A stretch of 64,000 nucleotides of DNA from assembly GCA_907165135.1 (NCBI GenBank), contig OU015570.1, positions 62,001 to 126,000 on the forward strand, given 5' to 3'. Positions 23,870 through 35,639 of this stretch are shown here, piece after piece. The position numbers and the translations under genes are program-made. This stretch comes from Oikopleura dioica (Eukaryota; Animalia; Chordata). Each line of letters opens with the position of its first letter. The stretch's first letter is position 1. The notes beneath the pieces were generated by a model. It was not told where the DNA came from and searched no databases. It saw nothing but the letters and a program-made list of their open reading frames with translations.

Positions 23870-24620
23870 GCTGTCAGCAAAATCATCTTCGAGCAAAGAC
23901 AGTCTGGATTCCATTGCTGGGGACTGCGACTTTTGCTGAATTGATGACGATTCGTTTGACGGAAGTTGATTTCATTGAATATTTTGGGCGATTTGATCAG
24001 AATCGTGCATTTCTGAGCCATGCCTTTGAAGTAACAGGTGGGAAGTGAGAGATGATTAGAATTGGTGTCCAAAGCGGCGTAATTGTAGTAGTAGGTTCAA
24101 TGCGCTTGAGAACACATTGCGATCAGTAGTTTAAGATGATGAAGGATGGTTTGTAGGCGTGGGTGACTCCTAACTAGGCCCAACCGCCGTCGGAGGACAG
24201 TAGAGAAATGGGGTAGTAATTCTTCTTCACCAGTCGGATGCAGCGATTGCGCTGCAGTACCAAATGGTGGCCACGTACCTGTTTTGGCCATACTGTCTTG
24301 TTATCGAGCAAATAGAGGCTTTGGGAGCCCCCGCTCCTTCTCATTTCTACCAGCGTTGTCTTCCCTCCGTTTTCAAGGTTGACACTTGCGAATCGTTTCG
24401 CCGACGTAATGTTCGTTAATGCCCTATCATCTGCCAATGTCCTGATTGATGCTCTTCGGCCGTTTTGCGATAGGCAATAACTATCACTGAGCCTTGGCGA
24501 CTCTCTAACTTTTTGATTATGACAACCCTCTCGGTCTGCGTCTTGATTTGGTCTCCGATTGGCACTAACGACAGTCGAGAATTACCACTTAACGACGCGC
24601 TCCCCTTCCCACTTCAGTCA
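23870..24620 (-). mobile_element. LTR-less internal fragment of the 1.4-kb LTR element
   Basis: Matches ~34645-35390; it is cut at the PBS and fused to a pogo fragment. Confidence 0.85.
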
Positions 24621-26711
24621 TTCAGATTTTGAACCGCTGATCATAAAGTCGAGAAAATGTCCGCGTCGGAATGTCTATTCCATCATGTTTCTTTCGAAAA
24701 AGCCAATTGATAATCTTCTTTGCATCACTCTTCTTCGGCGTCTTAAAGAGAATAAAAAATATCCTAAGGTTTGATTCAAAGAGCGCAATCAATTTTACAA
24801 TTCATACTTGGTTCGTGCGAGAAATTTCTGATAAGATCCCCGCCCTTCATTTTTGATTCCCATGATTCAGTCCCTTACTCCAGAAATAGAAAAATTTTAG
24901 CGTCATCCAACTCAGTTGGAAAATCACCAAACTTAAGCCTTTACATAATAATTAAAATCAAACTAGGTTCAAACTTTTCTAGTTAAACATAATAGAGACT
25001 TAAATTTTAGGTTCTAAAAGAAACATACGATAAATTTTGAGATTGAAAGTCGTCTCTTCTGAAGAGCTATCCGCGGAATATACATTATTATTCAGATTAT
25101 GGGTCTCTAGAATGAAGCAATCTAATTGTTTATCATCAAAAAAATAACATTTTACCAAAAAAATTTTGGTCTAGAAACCACCTCAAGCATCTCACCTCGA
25201 CATCCCCTCGCGGTTTGAGTGCGATTTTTGAAACCACCCCAGCCCACCTCGAAAAAATCCATAACTCGGTAGAAGATTGTTGGAAAAGGAACAATTTTTT
25301 TCTAGAATGTTTTTTCCAAAAAATATGCCGAGAATACATTTGTGAAAACGATCTATCGTAAGAGATTATTTTTATCCACTTACTGATTAAAACGTCTCCT
25401 TTGAAAACTGAAAGTACTCATTTGCTTTGAAGAAATCAAGTTTGATTTTAAAAATTTGCGAAAAAAATTTTCTTTAATTGTTGCCAGAGTTCGGAATCTT
25501 TCGGATCGAAATTGGAAGCTTCCTTATTTTGGACGCAGGAGCAAAAGTTTTTGCTGAAGAGGTAGGGATCTGGTCGAGGTAAGGATTTGGTCGAGGTAAG
25601 GAAACACTCTTCTCGACCCCCTCTGAACATAATTTTTCAAGCATCATTTTTTGAATATTTTTTTTAATTGAATAAAATTTTTCAAGAGACGTTTTCAAAA
25701 ATTTCGAGTGGAAAAAACGCGTCTTCTAAAGAAAATACTATAAAGTAAGCGTTTCCTTATTTGTTGTTCGCAGATTAGATTCCGGACTAAAATTGTTGAT
25801 TTTCAAAAAAAACTTGGAGCAAATTGGGAGCTCCCAATTTACTCTTAGTCCCATAAACTTGTGCTCCTTTTCCCAAAAAAGGAATCTCCCAATTTCGATC
25901 CGAAAGATTCCGAACTCTGGCAACAATTCAAGAAAATTTTTTGTTTCGCAAATTTTTAAAATCAAACTAGATTTCTTCAAAGCAAATGAGCACAATCAGT
26001 TTACAAAGGAGACGTTTTAATCAGTAATATGATAAAAATACTCTTGGATTCGATAATCAATCAAACAAATATGCTCTAGAATTTATCAAAATAATCAATG
26101 ACAAAATTTAGAATCATTCAGAAAATTTTAATATCAAACTAGATTTCTTTGAAGCAAATGTGTACTTTCAGTTTTCAAAGGAGACGTTTTAATCAGTAAG
26201 TGGATAAAAATAATCTCTTACGATAGATCGTTTTCACAAATGTATTCTCGGCATATTTTTGGAAAAAACATTCTAGAAAAAATTCTTCCTTTTCACAACA
26301 ATCTTCTACCGAGTTATGGATTTTTCGAGGTGGGCTGGGGTGGTTTCAAAAATCGCACTCAAACCGCGAGGTGATGTCGAGGTGAGATGCTTGAGGTGGT
26401 TTCTAGACCAAAATTTTTTGGTAAAATGTTATTTTTTGATGATAAACAGTTAGATTGCTTCATTCTAGGGACCCATAATCTGAATAATAATGTATATTCC
26501 GCGGATAGCTATTCAGAAGAGACGTTTTTCAATCTCAAAATTTATCGTATGTTTCTTTTAGAACCTAAAATTTAAGTCTCTTTTATGTTTAACTAGAAAA
26601 GTTTGAACCTAGTTTGATTTTAATTATTATGTAAAGGCTTAAGTTTGGTGATTTTACAACTGAGTTGGATGACGCTAAAATTTTTCTATTTCTGGAGTAA
26701 GGGACTGAATC

Positions 26712-27160
26712 ATGGGAATCAAAAATGAAGGGCGGGGATCTTATCAGAAATTTCTCGCACGAACCAAGTATGAATTGTAAAAACTGATTGCGCTATTTGA
26801 ATCAAACCTTAGGATATTTTTCATTCTCTTTAAGACGCCGAAGAAGAGTGATGCAAAGAAGATTATCAATTGGCTTTTTCGAAAGAAACATGATGGAATA
26901 GACATTCCGACGCGGACATTTTCTCGACTTTATGATCAGCGGTTCAAAATCTTGGATTCTACATCGAAACGAAGGTTTTAAATGTCTCATAATTCGAAGA
27001 TTTCATCAATGGAGCAATTTGAAAAGAAGATCAAGGAAGAATACGGAAAAAGAAAATCAAAATCAAAACACGTGGACTTGCTAATTTCATACGAAAAATA
27101 AGGATCGATTTTTTCCCGATGATGAAGAAATCCAGCAGCTACAAATTTAAAAAATAGTGG
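26712..27160 (+). pseudogene. pogo/Tigger-type transposase N-terminus (HTH); copies 15524-15856 (-), ~24625-24850 (-), 32430-32881 (-), 42436-42885 (+)
   Basis: MGIKNEGRGSYQKFLARTKYEL*KLIALFESN...KKIINWLFRKKHDGIDIPTRTFSRLYDQRFKILDSTSKRRF*MSHNSKISSMEQFEKKIKEEY follows the CENP-B/pogo HTH pattern; in-frame TAA at 26778 and 26979. Confidence 0.65.
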
Positions 27161-27183
27161 CCTTAAGGGTGTCCCTAAAATTG

Positions 27184-30100
27184 GGATTAAATTGTTGATT
27201 TACAGAAAAATTATAAATTTAAAGCAAATCGTTAGCTCCTTATTTTCTCTCAGTCCAAGAAACTTATGCTCCTGCTCCCTACCTGCTCCAAAAAAGTGAA
27301 GGCTCCCAGAGGAGACTCCCAATTTCGCTCCCATAGGTTCCGAACTCTGGCTAATATTCAGGAAAATTTTTCGTTTCGCAAATTTATAAAATAAACTAGA
27401 TTTTTTCGAAGCTAATGAGCACTATTTATTCTCAAAAAACACGTTTTAAATACAGTGAAACCTCAACTTAAGCCCGAGCAACTTAAGGCCACTTTTTTGA
27501 AAAATCTCCGAAATCTGTCATCCGAAAAAAATCTAACTTGTCCCCAACGATCGAGGCCGAGACTGTCTTATTCGGTGACTCAAATTTTTCTTATTATTTA
27601 GGAAATTCCGATTCAAGACCTTTTTTCAGATCTTCAATATCTTATCTTCTTCTCGAGATATGGCTTTTTCTATGAGCGCGCTAATGCATTAGCCTTCGAT
27701 AGAAATGCACTGTGAAAATTGCTATTTTGAAATTCTTAATTAAGTGTAGAAAATTATATATCTCCTGAAAGCCTGAAAAATTTCCTTTCTGCTGATACCA
27801 TATACAAAAAGATCCGATGAATTTTACTTATTGTGAGAGCGCGTCAAAACTCGAAAACACCTGCTCTTCGGCGCCGGAAAAGGGGATTAAACTACTTATC
27901 GGTGCACAATCTGAGCTCATGAGCCTTGTTCAAAGATCGAACTATGTTCAGACTAAAATGTGGAAAAAAAATCAAGCGATTAGAGCCCTAAAATTTGGTT
28001 TAAATTTTGTTAAAATCATCAATTTATATATTGCATATTTATATATGTAGGGAAAATCGATGAAAAACGAGCTTTTATTTTGGCTAAGTAGGCAGGAAGT
28101 ATAATACAGTTTTAGGAAGCCCAGTAGCTGGGGATAATTTTGACTATTGACAGTAAGGGGTTTGACTAATACCCTGGGGCATTTTTGGCCTTCCAAAGGG
28201 CCAAATATCTGGTACTCTTCGGACAGGGGACCGTAACTTCTAGTATCCCGGGTCTGTGGAAATAAAACTTATACTCGGTTGTAGAGGAGACTCTGACGGT
28301 TCCGAATATGTGTAGAAAACCACCGGGACCTTCACCTCTAGAAGGCGCTAGAGGCTCTAGAATAGCGCTCGCCATGAAATCTCGAGATCGAGAGCAGTTA
28401 TGTTTTTCGTGTTCTCCATCCCGTAGAACCCAATAGTCTCAATAAGACCATCCTCTGAAACCCTGGCAAAAATTTTTCGATAAAAATTGCCATTTTTGAG
28501 GTCTTATCGATTTTTCAAAAAAAAATATAGGGAAAACCCCTTAAGACCTCTGAAATTCGCTTTCAATAAGAAGCCTGAACTTTGAGCTTCAATAATCAGT
28601 CTCGTGAAGGGTCTCTTCTTGGAATATTCTTAAAAAAAGAGTCGTTCTTTGGAAATATCTCGAAAATTGACACATTTTTTATCAGTTAATCAAATTTTTC
28701 AATAGTTCTCTTCGATTCTCCCCAGATCTGAGACTAAACGTTTACATAGCAGAACTTTGCGATTATTACTGGCATTTTGCGGTGGCGGGAAAAGTTGGGG
28801 AACTCGGGTTATTTAAGATTTTCAAGGTTGAAAAAGCACCAAAAAGGCATAATTTGACCAATTTTCAATAAGGATTTCCAAGTGAAATCCGGAATCACCC
28901 TTATTTACAGCTTATTGAAAAGAGCACAAAAATGTAAGCTTGAAAAATGAAAAATCATCAAATTACGACAGAAATTTAGCCGACACGCCGTGATTTCAAT
29001 CCCGAAAATTCGAAATTCAGCCTTGCTCTAGAATTTTTTTCCCAAAAAGCTACGATTGACATTTACATATCATTTTACTTAGTAGAGAACGGGGAATTTT
29101 TCAAGCAAAATTGGTAGGGGAGAATCGACATCGATTTTTTTTGGCGAGCCCTACTCTAGAAGTTGAGGAAGTCAATCGAAAATCGGTACTTTTTGTCTAA
29201 AAAGGCTTGAAATGTTGTATTCTCATTCGAAATCGATTTTAATAACATTTTTAATGATTCTGAAAGATTAAAAATAAGTTTTGGGTGATTTTGGGCACTT
29301 TTAGGTCATCAAAGGGAGATCTAGAATTTCCTGAAAATTCACCTCAAATTACCTCAACTGACATTTTTGAATATCACAAAATCGCTACAAATTATTTATA
29401 ATCGATTTCGAATGAAAATACAACATTTCCAGCCTTTTGTAGACAAAAAGTACTGATTTTTGGTTGACTTCCTCAACTTCTAGAGCCTCTAGCGCCTTCT
29501 AGAGGTGGGGGTCCCGGTGGTTTTCTACACATATTCGGAACCGTCAGAGTCTCCTCTACAACCGAGTATAAGTTTTATTTCCACAGACCCGGGATACTAG
29601 AAGTTACGGTCCCCTGTCCGAAGAGTACCAGATATTTGGCCCTTTGGAAGGCCAAAAGTGCCCCAGGGTATGAGTCAAACCCCTTACTATCAATAGTCAA
29701 AATGATCCCCAGCTCCTGGGCTTTCTAAAACTGTATTCTACTAAGCCCAAAAAAAAACTCGTTTTTCGTCGATTTTCCCTATATATACAGTGTGAAGCAC
29801 CTTTAAGGCCGACCCTTTTAAGGCCACTTTTTCGCAAAATCCCCAAAATCTGTCATCCTAGAAAAACCATTTTAAGGCCACTTTTTTCAAATGTTATTCA
29901 AAATCCGAAAGTTTCACTTAAAAATGCTAGTTATATTTGACTGCGTCTCCGGCCATTATGAAGTCAATGGCTTCTCAGCGTCGGCATTGTCTGTCCCTTG
30001 AACTTGAGGCACTTTTACACTCTCAATCAATGTTGAAGGACGTGTTGTGTGTCGACCAATTTTTCCTCTTGTTTCTCCAGAACTTTTTCTCGAGATCTTC

Positions 30101-32160
30101 AAACTGCTCGATTTTCTCTTAAAAATCATTGCAGGGTTCATGTTCATGATTTAAATTTTTAATAACTTTTTGTCCAAAAAAGGGAAAAATTTCTTGTCAT
30201 CCGACTCGGGACAAAAAATGGTTTGTCCTCGCCTGGTCCAAATCCTCGCCTGGTCCAAATCCTGCCTGGTCCAAATCCTTACCTGGTCCAAAATTGAAAA
30301 TGGACCAGGTAAGGAAATTGGACCAGGTAAGGATTTGGACCAGGCGAGGAATTTTAAATTGAAAAATTTTTGAAAACAAAAAATGAGTAACCAGACTAAA
30401 ACAAATATCTCCTTGACCCCCATCCGCGACGGAAAATTTAAAATTTTGAAAAATTTTTAATTAAATTTCTGTTTTTTCAAAATGTTCTTATAAGTTTTCC
30501 CCCTTCACGAATTTTTTTCTAATTTCGAGAGAAGTTTTTTAATTCTTGTTAGATTTATAAAGATAACAATTATTTTAAGCCTTCAAGGCTCAAAATAAGA
30601 AAGCTTAGGCTCATAGCTTTCAGTAGAGCTTCAGAAATCCTAGTGCAAAGCCGTTTTTGGCCATCTGGTGCGCTAAAAATTGGGTGGAAAACCGGAAATT
30701 CTGGAAAACTCGCTGAGCTGGCCCTTTTAGAGGTCATTGAGCGGAGCTGAGCTGAGCGGACCTTCATTTTAAGGTTGTTTAACTGAGCTACGCGTACCCT
30801 AATTAGAGCTGAGCTGAGCTGTTTTTAACTGTGCTTTTATTAGTCAAATTGTGTTATAAATTATAACTTATAATTATTCAGCTTAGCTAAGTGATAATTG
30901 TCTGAGCTGAGCTGAGCAAAACAGATCATGTTCGAAAATAATTTAGCTGAGCTGAGCCGAGTGAGCATTGTCTGAGCTGAGCTGAGCAGATCAGATCATT
31001 TTCAAGAATAACTGCAGAGCGACTGCTGGCTCAGCTCACTCAGCTCAGCTCAGCAAATTTGCAACTCTGCTATATGGTGTCCAAATGAAAGCGCATGCCT
31101 CTAGGCTTTCTAAAACTATATCATAGAACCCCTCAACTTAGCTAGAAAAACGGATTTTCTCCCATTATAAAAAATTAGCTGAATGCTGATGCAAGAGAAA
31201 CGTTTTCTACAAACGAATAGAGCTTCTTGTCTAGTATGGGCCCAGAAAAATCTCACAAAATGTAAAGATTTTTGAAGTTCCTCGAAAATCTTTAATAAAC
31301 TTGTTTTTGGTTGATAGTTAAAAATTTTTTGAGTTTTTTCTGAAATGTCTATTTTTTATTCTTGTTGAGATTTTTTGTCGATTCGCGACATTTCCTCATT
31401 TTTTTCTGTTTTTATAAGTGAAACTAATAAGAACATAAAATAATAAAAACAATAAAAACGGAAATCTAATTTAAAATTTTTCAAAATTTTAAATTTTTTG
31501 TCTCGGAGGGGGGTCAAGAAGAAATTTGTTTTGGTCTGGTTATTCATTTTTTGTTTTCAAAAATTTTTCAAATAATAATTCCTCGCCTGGTCCAAATCCT
31601 TACCTGGTCCAAATCCTCGCCTGGTCCATTTTCAATTTTGGACCAGGTAAGGAATTTGGACCAGGCAAGGATTTGGACCAGGCGAGGATTTGGACCAGGC
31701 GAGGACAAACCACAAAAAATATCCATTTTAAGGCCACTTTTGAAATTCGCTGTCATCCAAATATCGGCCTAAAAAGTGCTTCACACTGTATGCATTTGAT
31801 ATACCGTGGTTTTCCATCTTAAGAGCGCCCAACTAAAGAGCGTTTTTGCCAATATTTTCCAAATTTTGTTATCTGAAAAAATCCCAACTTTAGAGCGTTT
31901 TTAGGAATTTTTAATTAATAATTAGAATAACGTTTATTTCAACCTGAAAAATCATTGAAAAAAATTGTTTTCTACGCTTTTTTCTCAGGTGAAATCATAG
32001 CCTCTGATTCAAAGATCGTAATTTTTTTATCATAAATAGGTAAAAATGACCTCAGATGCATTTTTAGAGTTTTGGAAAAAATTCTTTTTATGCATTTTCA
32101 TTCATCATTTTTTCCCACTGTCATCCTAGTTTGATCGTAAATTTTCTAACTTAAGAGCGT
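27184..32160. repeat. Segmental inverted duplication, copy 2
   Basis: Reverse complement of 1891-6027, minus the pogo insert and plus the foldback 30220-31711. Confidence 0.92.
30220..31711. mobile_element. Foldback composite, family C (17-bp unit CCT(TA/CG)CCTGGTCCAAAT)
   Basis: 9-bp TSD ACAAAAAAT (30211-30219, 31712-31720); empty site at 2332-2340; termini GGTTTGTCCTCGCC / GGCGAGGACAAACC. Confidence 0.93.
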
Positions 32161-32234
32161 TTTGGTCTACCCTTGTCATCATATTGTCAAAAGTAGTTCG
32201 AAGTCAAAGTTGACGAAATCGGGGGATCCCTTAA

Positions 32235-32425
32235 GGGTGTCCCCAACGATCGAGGCCGAGACTGTCTAATTCGGTGACTCAAATTATTCTTCTTATTTAG
32301 GAAATTCTGATTCCGAAAATTTTTTCAGATCTTCAATATCTTATCTACTTCTCGAGATATGGTTTTTTAAGTAGAATTATTAACTCAAAGTTGATCCTGT
32401 TTCAAAAAAATCGTTTGGGACACCC
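32235..32425. mobile_element. TTAA-targeting MITE with GG termini (Kolobok-like); mirror copy 42890-43078
   Basis: TTAA-GGGTGTCCC...GGGACACCC-TTAA. Confidence 0.75.
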
Positions 32426-34218
32426 TTAAGGCCACTATTTTTTAAATTTGTAGCTGCTGGATTTCTTCATCATCGGGAAAAAATCGATCCTTATTTTTCG
32501 TATGAAATTAGCAAGTCCACGTGTTTTGATTTTGATTTTCTTTTTTCCGTATTCTTCCTTGATCTTCTTTTCAAATTGCTCCATTGATGAAATCTTCGAA
32601 TTATGAGACATTTAAAACCTTCGTTTCGATGTAGAATCCAAGATTTTGAACCGCTGATCATAAAGTCGAGAAAATGTCCGCGTCGGAATGTCTATTCCAT
32701 CATGTTTCTTTCGAAAAAGCCAATTGATAATCTTCTTTGCATCACTCTTCTTCGGCGTCTTAAAGAGAATGAAAAATATCCTAAGGTTTGATTCAAATAG
32801 CGCAATCAGTTTTTACAATTCATACTTGGTTCGTGCGAGAAATTTCTGATAAGATCCCCGCCCTTCATTTTTGATTCCCATGATTCAGTCCCTTACTCCA
32901 GAAATAGAAAAATTTTAGCGTCATCCAACTCAGTTGTAAAATCACCAAACTTAAGCCTTTACATAATAATTAAAATCAAACTAGGTTCAAACTTTTCTAG
33001 TTAAACATAAAAGAGACTTAAATTTTAGGTTCTAAAAGAAACATACGATAAATTTTGAGATTGAAAAACGTCTCTTCTGAATAGCTATCCGCGGAATATA
33101 CATTATTATTCAGATTATGGGTCCCTAGAATGAAGCAATCTAACTGTTTATCATCAAAAAAATAACATTTTACCAAAAAAATTTTGGTCTAGAAACCACC
33201 TCAAGCATCTCACCTCGACATCACCTCGCGGTTTGAGTGCGATTTTTGAAACCACCCCAGCCCACCTCGAAAAATCCATAACTCGGTAGAAGATTGTTGT
33301 GAAAAGGAAGAATTTTTTCTAGAATGTTTTTTCCAAAAATATGCCGAGAATACATTTGTGAAAACGATCTATCGTAAGAGATTATTTTTATCCACTTACT
33401 GATTAAAACGTCTCCTTTGAAAACTGAAAGTACACATTTGCTTCAAAGAAATCTAGTTTGATATTAAAATTTTCTGAATGATTCTAAATTTTGTCATTGA
33501 TTATTTTGATAAATTCTAGAGCATATTTGTTTGATTGATTATCGAATCCAAGAGTATTTTTATCATATTACTGATTAAAACGTCTCCTTTGAAAACTGAT
33601 TGTGCTCATTTGCTTTGAAGAAATCTAGTTTGATTTTAAAAATTTGCGAAACAAAAAATTTTCTTGAATTGTTGCCAGAGTTCGGAATCTTTCGGATCGA
33701 AATTGGGAGATTCCTTTTTTGGGAGCAGGAGCACAAGTTTATGGGACTAAGAGTAAATTGGGAGCTCCCAATTTGCTCCAAGTTTTGAAAATCAACAATT
33801 TTAGTCCGGAATCTTATCTGCGAACAACAAACAAGGAAACGCTTACTTTATAGTATTTTCTTTAGAAGACGCGTTTTTTCCATTCGAAATTTTTGAAAAC
33901 GTCTCTTGAAAAATTTTATTCAATTAAAAAAAAATATTCAAAAAATGATGCTTGAAAAATTATGTTCAGAGGGGGTCGAGAAGAGTGTTTCCTTACCTCG
34001 ACCAAATCCTTACCTCGACCAGATCCCTACCTCGACCAAATCCTTACCTCGACCAGATTCTGAAAATGGTCGTGGTAGGGATTTGAAATCGAGAGATGAG
34101 GGTTATGAAACTTTTGTAACGAAAGTTTCGTTATTATAAATTTCTTAGCTTTTTTATGAAAATGAAGCTAGAGACAATGTTACTAAAAATATTTTCTCTA
34201 CTAAACAAATAAGAAAAG

Positions 34219-35639
34219 TGTAACTGTTGTACACGGTGTGGTTTACTTGAAGTGGTCTTTTATTCGTGGTTAGCAGGAAGGGGATTTAGAACAGGTTTTC
34301 AATTATATTTTATTTCTCTTCTGATCTTCTCAGGAAGCCGGCGTTCACTTTTGAGTCGGTGCTTCGAGCGCCCTCCATGAGAGTGGAGGTCGATTCATGA
34401 TGGTGACCCATCCATGGGTTGCAATAGGTTACTACTTTCTGCCAAGAAAAAGGAGAGAGAGCGCGCACCATAATGTTTCTTCAGCGCGGGAGCTCATGAT
34501 TTTCCTTTTTTCGATCCAGTTTACCAAATGAAGCCCGAAATGAATCAGATTGATTAGTATCTGCCAGACTTTGAAGGCTATAATGTGATGATGATGCTGA
34601 TGATGAGGACCGTATAAAAGCGGAAGTAATGCACCGCACTGAGTCAGCAAAATCATCTTCGAGCAAAGACAGTCTGGATTCCATTGCTGGGGACTGCGAC
34701 TTTTGCTGAATTGATGACGATTCGTTTGACGGAAGTTGATTTCATTGAATATTTTGGGCGATTTGATCAGAATCGTGCATTTCTGAGCCATGCCTTTGAA
34801 GTAACAGGTGGGAAGTGAGAGATGATTAGAATTGGTGTCCAAAGCGGCGTAATTGTAGTAGTAGGTTCAATGCGCTTGAGAACACATTGCGATCAGTAGT
34901 TTAAGATGATGAAGGATGGTTTGTAGGCGTGGGTGACTCCTAACTAGGCCCAACCGCCGTCGGAGGACAGTAGAGAAATGGGGTAGTAATTCTTCTTCAC
35001 CAGTCGGATGCAGCGATTGCGCTGCAGTACCAAATGGTGGCCACGTACCTGTTTTGGCCATACTGTCTTGTTATCGAGCAAATAGAGGCTTTGGGAGCCC
35101 CCGCTCCTTCTCATTTCTACCAGCGTTGTCTTCCCTCCGTTTTCAAGGTTGACACTTGCGAATCGTTTCGCCGACGTAATGTTCGTTAATGCCCTATCAT
35201 CTGCCAATGTCCTGATTGATGCTCTTCGGCCGTTTTTGCGATAGGCAATAACTATCACTGAGCCTTGGCGACTCTCTAACTTTTTGATTATGACAACCCT
35301 CTCGGTCTGCGTCTTGATTTGGTCTCCGATTGGCACTAACGACAGTCGAGAATTACCACTTTACGACGCGCTCCCCTTCCCACTTCAGTCACCCACTTCA
35401 GTCACCAATGTAACTGTTGTACACGGTGTGGTTTACTTGAAGTGGTCTTTTATTCGTGGTTAGCAGGAAGGGGATTTAGAACAGGTTTTCAATTATATAT
35501 AAATAATAATAATTATAATTTCTCATCTGATCTTCTCAGGAAGCCGGCGTTCACTTTTGAGTCGGTGCTGCGAGCGCCCTCCATGAGAGTTGAGGTCGAT
35601 TCATGATGGTGACCCATCCATGGGTTGCAATGGGTTACA
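34219..35639 (-). mobile_element. Non-autonomous LTR retroelement, left-arm copy
   Basis: Reverse complement of 39276-40696; TSD AAAG. Confidence 0.9.
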
